From positions 22,878,001 to 22,942,000 of the forward strand of contig OZ210885.1 of the NCBI GenBank assembly GCA_964658305.1: a stretch of 64,000 nt of DNA. Reading direction: 5' to 3'. Under the pieces are notes generated by a model. That model was not told where the DNA came from, did no database searches, and was given only the letters and a program-made list of their open reading frames with translations. The position numbers and the translations under genes are program-made. This DNA comes from Leptogorgia sarmentosa. Its lineage: Eukaryota. This document shows positions 51,730-63,819 of the stretch, piece after piece (the first letter of the stretch is position 1; every line of letters starts with the position of its first letter).

Positions 51730-53340
51730 TTAGAAGCCACCTGCTTCATAGGTTGCTCCTTCTTTTTCTTCTGAAGTGTCAATATATTGTTTTCTGAGGT
51801 GCCTCAGTGTTTTTCTTCTTTTCTTGACCTTTTCTGTGCTTTTCCTGGCAGACAGTTTAATTCTTGCCGTGTCGCAATCCTCGGCACCCTTATTGGTAAA
51901 AATACCGGGAGTTATATCCAACTCTGAAAATATTTTCAAAAATGAAATATCTCCCTCATTGAACTTAAGGATGGCCAAGTAGGTTGCAAGTGCCAAGGTT
52001 TCCTGTTCAACATAAGTTGATTTTGGACATCTGTCCCAGATAAGTCCATTTAAACACTCATTGACATTCTGGGTCAATCCGTGTGTACATTTGTTTAGCA
52101 ACTCCTTTTTGCTTAGGTCATTGAATACAGGCTTAATAAAGTCAACAATACACTTTGGAATACCATTTTTGTGCTGATATGTGCTTTCATCTCTCTTGTA
52201 ACCACACCAACTATCTTCCCCATCTGGGCAGAGATGATGCTGCGGATTTTCATTTGTCGATGCGACATGGAAGAGTGATGCTTCAATGTTTTTGGCCATG
52301 TTGTCAACATCTTTCAGGTTTTCTCGAACAGCCAAACCATAGTAATTCTGGAGCACATCTATTTTGCTGTCAGTTAGTCTGCCTTTACCACCTAGACCTT
52401 TGCCATCATCCAATTTGAGTCCTTTGTTTGAACTCTTGAGTCTACGTAGTCTACTGCCAACTCTCTTCTGTACGTGCCCAATGCACTCCAACTTATTTGG
52501 AACACAGTCCTCACCATATGGTTTTTTCTCAACGATTGCATTGTATGTTGATGAATCACCGTCCCCAAGCAAATTTTTATATTTTAGTCCTCTGGTAGTT
52601 ATGGACCGTTCAAAAATGCGAACAGCGCCTACCGTTTCCATGCTATTAGCACTCCCTGTATGGTTGACTTTACAGTTATGGGAAGCTTTCCATTCATTAT
52701 ACCTGGGGTCATTTGTTTTGTGTTGCCACTTTTGACACTGTTGACACCGGTCTGACAAAACTTCAGCATCAAGGCACTTCTTCGTGTCTAACGAGATGAC
52801 AGTAACGATGCCATTATGTGATGTATGGCCTCTCTTCTGCCAGGTACCATCTATCGATACACCACATTCTCCATCTTCATTGGCATTCTCTTCCTGAACT
52901 TTAAAAGCATTGCTTATCATGCTATCAGTGGCCAACTGCTTGACAGCAGGCAAAAGCTTTTTATTCTGGATTTTGGTAAATGCCAGACGGGCAGGTGGGG
53001 CAGGCATATTCATCACCTTGCTGAAGGTAGTCATAGCATTGTGACCTCTACCAATTTCTCGAAAGGCCAGAACTGCTCTAACATTCACTTCATTGGAGTG
53101 TCCTTGCTTCTTCGAAGTGTTAAAGCAATGTTTCCACTCACAATCCATATCTTTACACTGCAAGACAACGTAATTAGAGTATCCGTTTCTTTTCCTCATG
53201 TCAATGTGTGAAGTGGTTTCACCTCCACACTCAGGGCATTTCAATAAGCCATTAAATACTCCGAATAGCACAGACAAATCGATAAAAATTGTGCCTTCTT
53301 TTAATTCAGTGTCCTTAACGGGAAAAATTCCACCAAACAT
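51730..53340 (-). CDS. Kolobok-type DDE transposase, 536 aa
   Basis: CPECG..C zinc finger, SIDGTWQKRGH, LGDGDSS, ECIGHVQKR, TQNVNECLN, W..CPK. An upstream in-frame ATG at 53475 is separated from this ORF by one TAA. Confidence 0.85.
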   Translation of the reverse strand: MFGGIFPVKDTELKEGTIFIDLSVLFGVFNGLLKCPECGGETTSHIDMRKRNGYSNYVVLQCKDMDCEWKHCFNTSKKQGHSNEVNVRAVLAFREIGRGHNAMTTFSKVMNMPAPPARLAFTKIQNKKLLPAVKQLATDSMISNAFKVQEENANEDGECGVSIDGTWQKRGHTSHNGIVTVISLDTKKCLDAEVLSDRCQQCQKWQHKTNDPRYNEWKASHNCKVNHTGSANSMETVGAVRIFERSITTRGLKYKNLLGDGDSSTYNAIVEKKPYGEDCVPNKLECIGHVQKRVGSRLRRLKSSNKGLKLDDGKGLGGKGRLTDSKIDVLQNYYGLAVRENLKDVDNMAKNIEASLFHVASTNENPQHHLCPDGEDSWCGYKRDESTYQHKNGIPKCIVDFIKPVFNDLSKKELLNKCTHGLTQNVNECLNGLIWDRCPKSTYVEQETLALATYLAILKFNEGDISFLKIFSELDITPGIFTNKGAEDCDTARIKLSARKSTEKVKKRRKTLRHLRKQYIDTSEEKEGATYEAGGF

Positions 53341-56300
53341 TGCCGTATTTTTGCCAATTTTCCTAGCAGAAGGGCCGGGGTCTTTGTAACTTTGTCCGCC
53401 ATGTTGGATTTTTTTTTACTTCTTCGACGGCGGAATTCTCTTCTTTTTTCTCGTTCTATTCTTAGTATTCCCCATTTATTTACACTGTATTACAAGCCGA
53501 AATACAGATAGAAGGTATTCCAACACTTAAGAGCGAAATTTAGGCTTGTAAATAAAAAATATAGACCAGTTTTCTCAAACGCTTTTCAGACAGCTTGTTG
53601 TTAGTAGACCTCGAGGTTGGGAAAAAAAGCGCGTTGCTATGGCTCCCAAAATTGACCAATCATAAAGAAACTTGCTCAAATGCTTTAAAAAATCATACAC
53701 CAAAAGGTGAATATATAGAAAACTCTTTGTTACTGAAATAATAGGGCAAATGGTGGACAGAAAGCGTTGCTATGGCGTTGCTAAGGAGTAAAATTTAAAG
53801 TGAACCATCTTTTAGCTCGTTTTTCTCACAAAATAAACACTTTTCAGCAAAACAAACTATTCTACCTTAAAGTATAATACATAACATACATAAGCAAGGA
53901 AAAAACAAAATTTTGAAATTTTTCAACCAAAATGCCATTTAAAGGTATATGACCACCTTAAGACATCCTTCTCATGTCGAGTTCTTTGTGGCATGTCTAG
54001 TTCTTTTCTATAAATTTTAAGTTTAAACAATGAAGAAATTGTTCGTATGCTCGACTGATCAGACAAAATAATGTACGATCGTGTTGTAATGGAATGCCTG
54101 ATAGATATTTAAATAAAATTAATAAAATTATTCTGTATACGCGTAGTGGCAGATAATTTACACACATACCTTTTAGTTGGATCGATGCCAGCCATTTTCA
54201 TACACTCTCCTGTGACAGAAGACCTGTCGGATTGGGCAACAATCCATCTTTTCATAGCACCCCTGTTCAATGTTATCCCGACCATACCTAAAATGTTATA
54301 AATATACAAAATATGTGATATATACCATATCGCAGGTTACCTTAAAAACGTACAACTACAGCATGATTGTTTCATATAATATAAGTTTTTGAGGTAATAT
54401 CATTGAGCACTCTTCTGCATTTCCTTCATAATTGCATGGTCCAATTACCGCCGGCAAATTGTAAATCAATTTCCTTATTACCTCCTCTAGTTTTTGAATC
54501 TCTATTTAAGGTTTGTTCGATAGTCATGTCACATGCTACAGAAGAAAAGCCATGATTCCGTTGGCGTTGCACAGTCCATTGGTCGCGAAGATCTTCCAAT
54601 CCTAAAAAAATCATAAAAAGTGCAGACAAGTACCTGATCGTACCGACTTGTGTACACCGCAAATTTCACTGCACTACAAGCCAGAAACACTACTAGTAGC
54701 GAATAAATAATATGGATGCATTAGCCAAACATTACCTGGATGTGTCTCTTGTAGTCCGGTCATTTCAAGCCAGTATGCCGTCCCATAGTGACAATAATTT
54801 ACACAATCACATCCGAAGTACCACGTAAGCATTGAACGCATTGTTGATAGGTGAAGTGCCCAATTTCCTTCTCGTGTTGCTCTGAAAGAGTGAAACATTT
54901 TATTTCCCTAATGCAAATTATGAGCAAGACAGTTGTTTCGATGCAAACCTTCGAAACTCATTTAATGTGCTTACCGTACAAATTGAAGAAGAGTACCGAT
55001 CATTTCAAGGTACGTACTCCACAGTGAAAACGTGGGATTGCATTGACTTTCCTGAGTGACAAAGTTGTCATACTTTTCAAGGATTTCCGAGAATGGTTCC
55101 GTTGAAAGTTTCTCCTGAAAATCTTCGCTTGGAAAATTATTCAGCAGGTCAAACACGACAGAGTAGATACTAGCGGATTCTTCATCTTGGACACTGTCTA
55201 GAAAGGCTTGGAATCTAAGTCTATGCAGGGCTTCACTCATTACTTTGTGGCAATGCATACTCCTGTTATAATGCTTTCCACTCATTACACCTTTAATTTG
55301 ACCTTTACCAATGATATCAGATTCAATAAGTATGTCCTAAAAACAGTGCAAGTACAGAAAATATTTACCACAACTCTAATGAAAGTAAATTATCAGTTTC
55401 CTACAATCATATAAGAGAATGCATATACCTGCAACCCAGCATCTCTAAACATGTTTCCTATAGCACTCAGGAACGACATGGTGGCATGGAACTCTCCAAG
55501 TCTGACGACAAACCTCTCCATGAAAATCTCATTTTTCCACCTAATTTATAAGACATTAAATGCAACAAACAATTAATGTCAAATATCTGTTAATGCTGCC
55601 AATAAATAGGAATATGTGAAATTTAGTATTAAGTAATACTTCCATTCATGATGGAGTCTAGTGTTCACCTAATCTGCTGTATCTTTGCGTAGATTGCTTC
55701 ATCAAAAACCAGAACTATGTGCTGTAGGGAATCTTATGTAGGGAATCTTCATCAAAAACCAGAACTATGTGCTGTAGGGAATCATAGCTTATCTGCAATG
55801 TTGATGCTTTTTAAAAGAGCAGTGTACAGTGTTGAATACTCGCTGGGGGAGCCATCAATTATTGGCAAGTATCTGATCCGAGACATTGGTGGAATTGTAG
55901 ATTGCCTGAGTAGAATGTTGAAACCTGTCCAACCAGGAAGAACAGTGCCGACGTGATTTTGGTGCAACTTCATCAGAAAGTAGGCAAAATCCAACCTCTT
56001 TGCGAGATCTTGATGAGATGAGCCGTGGATTTCGTAAAAAGTTGAAGGAACTGATGTACCTACGAAATTTGGTGTTTGCTTCTTGCCAAGGCTGTATGGG
56101 ACGATAGCGTCACTTGGACCCTGAAGAGTTCTCCCACCCTTCTTTAGCTTCTGTGTAACCACTACTGGTTCATCCTCAGATAAACTCTCTCGTTGAATTA
56201 ATATACCTCCAAGTGTATATGGGTTTGATTTCTAGAATCTTCTGTGAAGTCATCGTTATCATATACCAAACAAGTAAATTTTTGTTCTTCCACGCCTTTT

Positions 56301-57188
56301 GGAACACAGGTATCTGATTTTATAGCTAACTTAGCCAAGTCTGTTTCATATGTCAAGATGGCAGAATGACTTGCGCCGTGCCCAAAACCATTCAAAATCT
56401 GTGTGAGTTGTGATGACCGTGTGAGCTGCCTTACAGCCATACCCAGTGCTAGCGACTTCGGTGTTTGTTTTCTCCCGTTCGACGCTATGTACAATAGGTA
56501 TTGACAGATAGAGAGGACTTTCGTCTTGCGAGAATCTTCTAGTTTCAGATAAGATGACATTTCTGGATAATCTGAGAACCCTAGTATCCAGGAAATAAAA
56601 TTGAACAGCACAAATGGGACCATTTTTAGCACTTGCGTTGTGCAGAGATCGACAGACGATGGTGGCCAAGCTGAATGCATGGGTTGCGCCTCTTTTATAG
56701 CATTCTGTAAAGCCATAGCAACAACGTAATACTCTTTCAATGTGACTTCCTTTTGAACAACTGGAGTTTCAGTTATCATTTCCTCATCGTCATCACTCTC
56801 TGCTGAGCTTGCTCCTTCATCAGCCGTTCCGCATGTTTCTGCAACTTCACCAACTGATAATTCTTCTACAAAAACTAATTCGCTTTGATTTCTGGTTGCA
56901 GGACGGTGAAAGACAAGTTGTGGATAGTCTCTTTGCAATCTTGTCTTTAGTCGAGTGGGACGATAATTGGATGCATCAAGGTTTTCCGTCTTCATAACTT
57001 GTTCCACAAAGATATGATGTAGTACCCTCATTCGCATAATTTGTTTTTTCTTAAGCAGCTTTTCGTCAATTGTCTTCGAGCAAAAGGCAGTGTAGCTTGA
57101 CTGATATAGTTCATCATTGGTATTACTAACTGTCGATTTTGTGGTCAAGAATCTGCAGTAATCCAAATGACAATGCCTGTGATAACGT

Positions 57189-57663
57189 CAGTGGCGTAGC
57201 GAAGCCATTCTGATAGGGGGGGTGTAAAGCAAAATATTTTACCGACCTAAATAGGTTTGGGCACGACAGGGCCAGATTATTTGGTGGGGAGGGCGAGTCT
57301 CACGAGACGCCACCATGGTTGGCGTCGAGCGAGAAAATTTTGTGAATTTAGAGCCTCTAGATCGCCGGAAACGGCCATTTCAGAGTGTTAACCAAAGCCT
57401 TAACACTCAGAATAGAGTCTAGAGGTCTTAGATGTTGTACAACCACAGCTTGCGAACTAATCGCACACGGACATAGACATAGACAACAGACATATACTTT
57501 TACATATTTTACTTTCTGCTCTCTCTGTGATTTAATGACATAAATTGAAAATTTACCGACCCTTTGGCTTCAAAACCGACCGCAATTCATTTACCGACCA
57601 TTTTCAAAAAAATTGGGGGGTGTCACACCTCCCACAGCCCCCCCCCCCCTCGCTACACCCCTG
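57189..57663. mobile_element. hAT-type MITE inserted in an Academ exon
   Basis: TIRs CAGTGGCGTAGCGA / TCGCTACACCCCTG; 8-bp TSD GATAACGT; internal TTTACCGACC repeats. Confidence 0.88.
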
Positions 57664-60354
57664 GATAACGTACTTCTATGGCAACACAGTCTTTACCTCT
57701 AATTTGTGTCAAGATTGTCTCATCCTGTTTCCTTTCTGCTGCCTCCCTTAAAAGACCTCCGTCGAAAGTTTCCGCCAGAACCAGTTTGTCTAGTTTTCGT
57801 TTCCTTGTAGCCTACAGAATAATTGTAGTTGATTAATTATAGAGGTTTGCAGGCAATAAAGCCCTGACAATCATGTTTACACACCTTGTCCAACTTGTAC
57901 ATTTCTCGTCTCTTACAAATTATGCATTTTTCTGGTAGGACGAGTTTGTTTCGTCTAGCAGTTCCTTCACTATCGCTGATCAATGTTCGGGGTGATATTC
58001 GAACAGGTACAGGCGCTGGTCGGATTGCAACAGGAGTGCTCGCTCCTTCTTCTGTAGATGCATCAACAGCCACGGCCTTTTTCTTAATTATTCTTTTCTC
58101 GGCTCTTTCGACTTTAGTTTTATCGCAAAAACGAACATAGCATTCTTTGTGATATCGCGCGTTTGCAATTTCTGAAGCAATTTCACATCCTAATGCCCCC
58201 GATTCCGAATGTAACGACCAACGTTCTATACGTTTGGCAGCATTTGCTGCGATCGTGCTTTGCTCGCCATCCAAATCAAGCCACCTCTTGCAATACTCGC
58301 TAATTTTCTCAATTGTATGAGTTGTTAACTTACACAAATCGCCAGATTTACCTTCAAAACAAATAAATTATTGCCGTTTGGTGAATCGTGTTTTCCTCGA
58401 CTAGGGGGTAATAGGGTATCGCTAAGACATCTCATTACAATGCGTGCGAGTGGTTAAATAGTCAATAAGGTGACTCAAAAGAAACTTAGTAAAATACATA
58501 GTGTGTAATTGTGCCTTCCTTTACATATGCTACACATTTTCTTGTGGACCTATTTCCTCGTGTGACCTGGAAAGTATTTGGATTCTGGTTCCCCCTTTAT
58601 TGAATTCTGGATTCCCGTCGGGAATCCCCCGTTTTCTGTTTCAGGACCCTAAAGCCCTTTATCCTAATACCCTAATCATTTACATATTATGCGCAGTAGT
58701 ATCTTCTAGTGATTGTACATACTGTATTCTGATTAGACTTTTTCTGATACAAAGGTTTAGTGTCAGTAGCAAATTAATCTGCAAATTGTGTCAAGTATTG
58801 TCTATACTAAAATACAAGTGACAGGTGTTTGGCATTGGCAGGCTGGTACCTACTACACATTTGACAAGCGAGTCGAGTCTCTTTTTCATCAAAATACACC
58901 CACTTTTAATAATATTTTAAAATTTTAGCAATGGTATTAGCTTGTATAATTTGTTAATTGACACAATTTTCCAAATTTACCTTCGAAATGTATAAAACAA
59001 TGCTGCGGAGAGAGCGTAAAGCTGGGTTGTTCATTCATATTTATGAATTTTAGTTGCTTGTGAGCCCGCGTTTCATATGATACTTCAAGTAATAAAATCG
59101 AAAAATCAAAGATACCGCGGAATTCAAGATGGCGCTTTACGGATGAAAATATTGAACTTTGGCATCGTATTGTGAAAAAACAGCGAGTTTTCGCGTGTGG
59201 GAACAAAGATAATTGAAATCAGCGTACTTTATTCTCATTATTCCCGTGAAAATATTTTAGCACCGCGACGGGGGCGACGGAACTGAATGTTTTCCTGCCA
59301 CAGCTAACGGCCTACATCAAATTAAACTAGAAAGTGAACACAATTCCATAAGTATTTATTTCTTAGTTGTGCTGGCTAATCAAAGTCAATATGCCAGCAA
59401 AATTAGGTGCTGAGCAAATGGGGATTGACATCCATAGAATTGGTTGAGCAACTTGTTTACTCATACTTGTGTTGTATGTGTTTTAAAATAAAAAATAATT
59501 TTGTTGTGATTTGAATGTGAATATATTATTGTATGTCCTGAAATATTATATCATTATCTTGGAAATTTTTTGATAAAATATTATTCTTCAATGCAAATAA
59601 AAATGACATATGAATTGCATAAAATGCAGATATCAAACATTCTAGATCAAGCATCTAAAAGGCAATTGTTCCTTGAATGTTCAATCAAATAGTGGCATTA
59701 CCTTTTTCAAGCAAGACCATTATAAATATATACATTTCACTTCATATTGACATGCTGCACTTATTTTTCAATAGTTTCATCGATAGAATATACATGAAAT
59801 TGCAATACATACAGATACAAAACTTAGTGGTGATATCAGTGGTTATTACAATAAAACAACAACTTCGTCTTGAAACAACGTCTTCTTATAGCTCAGTGGT
59901 GGCCGTCAGGCAAGCAGTAAGCTCCATTCCTGTCCTCTTTAATCAATCGCGTTCTGTATTTATAGACGCGTACATCAACAAATACAACAATATATTTTTG
60001 AGATGTAAGAGAATTTCAATACTTTATCTCAATTCTTTGAAAAAATATCAAAACAACACTGCAGCATATATATTTATATAGTAACAAACAGTAAAATCCA
60101 GGGGGGGTTGGAAACGGCGCCTGCACACACTTCAACTGTGGTCAGTAATTACCATCATGAGAATAGGGGACGTGTGACGTAAAATCCGCCATGTTTTTGG
60201 CCACACCTTTCAGTGGAGTGCCTGATCTCCAGATTAATAATATAGCTCAGTGGGGTGAAGGTTAAAAAAAGGAAATTGAATTTTGTGCAAGTGGAAGCAC
60301 TGCTCGCGTCAACACGTGAAATAAACATTTTCGAAATTTTCTACAGTTTCTTGG

Positions 60355-60450
60355 GCATGGTGGAAAACGCGGGTAGCGGATACCGGGTACCAGGTAGCGG
60401 ATACCGGGTAGCAGATAGCGGATACTGGATACCAGATAGCGAGTAGCGGA
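60355..60450 (+). repeat. 7-bp-unit tandem array (CGGGTAG/CGGATAC) following GGCATGGTGGAAAACG
   Basis: About 11 degenerate heptamers; looks like a DNA-transposon subterminal repeat; no partner end in the window. Confidence 0.5.
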
Positions 60451-60942
60451 ATTGTTATCGCATATATGATTTAGAATAGATTTACAATAGATTTACAATG
60501 GTTGAAATAACATCACATAGTCTGTATGGCTAAAGGCTGCAAAATGTCTGTCAAGCTCGGCCACTTTAAATCCAAACAAATGTTGCATAATATATCGTTA
60601 TTTGCACATTCCAGTGACCAGTGTCGGTTATTTGTCTCGGTATAACTCAAGAATCCATATTTGTCTGGATTCTTTCTTAATTTTTCTTTACTGAAAAGCG
60701 CCTGAGAAAATGTGGCCAGGGTACGAGCTGACTTACGCTGGAGCCTGGCGCCAGTCAGTTTCTGGTCAGTCCACGCAGGGCGTGTTTTACTGCGCCCTGG
60801 TCCACGCCAGTCAGTCTCGTGGTCAGTGCGGCGCCAGTTGCGCCAGTCGACAGTCTCGCTTCGAAAGATTTGTGCTCACAGACGAAACTGATCTTGATCT
60901 TTACCTAGCTGGTTGTGTGAGTATGTGATATCAAACGGAAAA

Positions 60943-62800
60943 ATGTCTTTCAAAATACCAAGCTTAAGGAAAGTTTTGACGCAAAGAAACGTTGCAAAAG
61001 ATTTACCATCGTTTGAGTACGAAAAGGTCGAGAATAAAGAACAAATCGGCAACGGATCATATGGCCTTGTTTGCAAGGGAAAGTATAATAATGAGATAGC
61101 TGTTACAAAAAAACTTCACGGAGAATCGGCCGATGATGAAAAGTGTTTTATCAAAGAGGCAAGATTAATGTTTTCGTTGAGACATGACAATATTGTTCGC
61201 TTTAAGGCTTTTTCATTTTCTCCATGTGCGATCCTGATGGAGTATTTGTGTTTTGACTTTTCAATTTTTGAGCTCCCAAAACAATTAAGCAGTTTAGTTG
61301 ATTTTCTCAATTACGTGGATAAAATAGACGCTTTCAGTTCTTTTGAAAGCGACTTAATTCTCAAGGTGGGACATGAGATTTCCAAAGGACTTGCAGCATT
61401 TGCACTCGAAAGGCATTGTGCATCGCGATTTAAAGGCGAGGAATATCTTAGTTAGTTTACTTTGCATGGAACGTTTGTTGTTTATCAAGAAAGTTACATT
61501 ATATTTTGAAGATTACTTCCTTCCTTTCAGTATTTTTATTGTTTTGCTGTTACAGTATAGTACACTGCCAAAAACCGCCAGCATTTATACAGCTGAAAGT
61601 TTTAGCAGCGAAAGTGTTTTCTGCTTTTTTTCTACAAATTGCGATCTAACAGTGCCATATAATAAATCCCTTAATAACCTCGTTTGCTCGGTCTGTACGG
61701 TAAAGTATTGCTACCGGCGAACATGTTTGTCGCTCCTGCATGTATGCTGTCGGCTTTAGAATTGAGTATTCTGACTATTCTCGGTGAAGCTATTTAAAAC
61801 GCCCATAACGTCAACTTTTACATGTAAGGAGAATTTGAATTTGACATTTTGAATCAAATCTATTATTTAAATATTATCTTTTATCACTGATAAAGGAAAT
61901 GAAGAAACTCGTTTTGTACATTCAGGGTACAAAAATTGACACTCGGGAAGTGTTTTGACAATACTCGAAAAGCGTGTAAAACTCTCGGCTACGCCTCGTG
62001 TTATATATATGCATCTCTCGTATTCTCCCAGAAAAGCACTTTCGTTCTTCATTTCTTAATTAATCCACATCCCCTATAGGTAGAGAACTGCAAAAATGTT
62101 GCAAAAAAATACATAGCTTGAGAAATTTCAAGGAAGGGGGTAAAAATAATCCATTTCCAGGCAAGGGCAAAGGGCATTTTCCAAAAATCTCTCGGAAATT
62201 CCTGGGGTTACCGTTGAAAACTTAGTTTTCAGGAATTCCAGGGGAGTGTCAAAGTTTAAAGGTCAAGTGTCGTCCATAGAGGTGGAGCTGGCAAAACGAG
62301 ACTTATTCCATGCCTGCTATGCCAGGTGTTAACAAAACAACAATTTTAACTGAATTACGAGTTAACTCATTGATCTTATATTTTTTTATTCATAATGGAG
62401 GAACATCTGTTTATATGGCGCCAGAAATACTTATCAAATCATGCCGATTAGAAGTGGCTAGTTTCGAGAATTTGCAAAAAGTTGATATTTGGGCATTTGG
62501 TGCTCTTCAATCTGGTTAACCAAATTTGAAATACCCGTTTCAAATAGATCTGGTTAAGGAGACACCGATACTTGAACAACTCCCTGATATTTTGCTCCAA
62601 CGTGAATCCGAGTGAATCGCCGAAATATTCCCTTCAAAGAGAAACAATCTGGGGTCCAATCATGGCACTCAAAGAGAAATGCATTATGTTTAGCCCTGCA
62701 TCTCGACCTACTGCTTCCGAAGTTTCTGATGAATTTCGTCTGCTTCTTGCAAAGGGTAATAATGTAGTGATCTCCAAAAATGTGATGTCACCAACTGTGG
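60943..62800 (+). pseudogene. Protein kinase pseudogene (TKL-like)
   Basis: IGNGSYGLV, AVTKK, FIKEA, HDNIV, LMEY, HRDLKARNILV (frameshift near 61390). After ~0.9 kb of repeat-like DNA: GTSVYMAPE, DIWAFG, RPTA. No DFG segment seen. Confidence 0.8.
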
Positions 62801-63819
62801 AAAAAGGGTTAGTTTCGATTTTTTATCCTAATTATTTAATAGCCAATTTACAATCAATCATCATGCAACTCTCTATTCATCTTACCGTTTATATGCATCT
62901 AATTTCAAAACAGGGAGCAGTTAAGAAAAGAAAAACAAGAAGGCGATCATGTTATCGATCTTACAAATGAGAAGAGCGTAAGCCAACGGTAATTACCAAG
63001 ATGGTCATCTTGAATTTTAATTATTTAAGAAGGCTCCGTACGGTTTTATCTTCAATGGTTTGTTTCTCGTGTATGTTCGTAAATTTTGAAAAACTATTTA
63101 ACTGCGAAATCTCGCAAAAAAATGTTAAATTTCATGCAGTTGCACACAAAAAGTTCGCCACCAATTATACCCCAGATTTATACAGAAAATAAAAATTAAA
63201 GATGCCATAATAGCCATAATAGCGCAAACCCAACTTGAAGAAAAGTCCAGTGAAGAAATATGATTTTTCTCCTTTAATTATAGGAACGAATATGGTCAAG
63301 GTGTTCCAGTTATTGATCTGACAAATCTGGTAGAACAAGACAATCAAAACGATAAACCCAAGTATAAGCTTACTGTCTTTTGACCTCATTCTCTTTTGAT
63401 CACAACTTATTTTACCTTTTTTTACTACACTACAGCCAATACTACTGAGGATGAGCTCGTGTTCGAACCAAAATGACAAACTCGTTTTTGTTTAGGTTGT
63501 CAGAGAAGCGAACTACGGAGATGAGCAATAGATCAGAATATCTGACCAGAAAAACCATAAATTCAAAACGGTACGCAATCAGAGACTACAGATAGAGTTT
63601 ATGATACAGTATCACCTAAAGGCAGTTTCCTCGGGTAGAAGAGCACAGACTACGTCACAAACGGAAAATATTAATATTTAATAGTCTGTATATACATGAA
63701 CATGCTTCGTTTAAACAACGTGTTACGTGTAAGGCCAGAAACCTCACCTGTAAAGTCAGTTCACACTTACGAATGTTAAATAATAACGCAAGTTCATACA
63801 GTCCATAATTATGTTCACA

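Larger units (their letters stand above)
46617..53957 (-). mobile_element. Kolobok DNA transposon
   Basis: TTAA TSD (46613-46616, 53958-53961); TIR GGTGGTCAT(GC/AT)ACCTTT. Confidence 0.88.
44651..58430 (-). pseudogene. Multi-exon Academ transposase with a C-terminal Cys-rich (CXC) domain, disrupted by a Kolobok and a MITE
   Basis: YHxxC motifs, VYDNDD, LVFDEAIYAK, RLGEFH, SGKHYNR, ACDMTIEQTLNRDSK, ILDGMA, HEEADTR, SPDTDV, GCDSTS, CKCKTGCSTLRCSC. Empty sites restore HEKDVLSIVNTL and IEVRYHRHC. Confidence 0.88.
44059..59314 (-). mobile_element. Academ DNA transposon with ~500-bp TIRs
   Basis: TAGGCCGTT..AACGGCCTA termini; 3-bp TSD CAT; TIR similarity from 44059-~44561 to ~58808-59314. Confidence 0.9.
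43064..60252 (+). mobile_element. P-element-like non-autonomous DNA transposon
   Basis: TIRs CACTGAGCTATA..ATCTGGAGATCAGGC at both ends, with further subterminal similarity. 8-bp TSD GGGTGAAG (43056-43063, 60253-60260). First-exon remnant 43329-43396 MPRFCYAYGCHNS..SH(W) plus GT donor resembles the start of a THAP domain. Confidence 0.85.

Noticed and set aside
3564..53211. Numerous 60-200-aa antisense ORFs overlapping TE genes (e.g. 3564..3971, 11327..11758, 47579..48190, 52364..52735)
   Set aside because: Shadow ORFs of real coding strands, with no motifs and mostly non-ATG starts.
44176..59206. Near-identical 89-aa ORFs at 44176..44445 (+) and 58937..59206 (-) as a duplicated gene
   Set aside because: They are the two arms of the Academ TIR, with non-ATG starts and no protein features.
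61640..62290. Crypton-like and other MITE fragments inside the kinase gap
   Set aside because: The motifs look repeat-like, but I could not define termini or TSDs, so they are not annotated.
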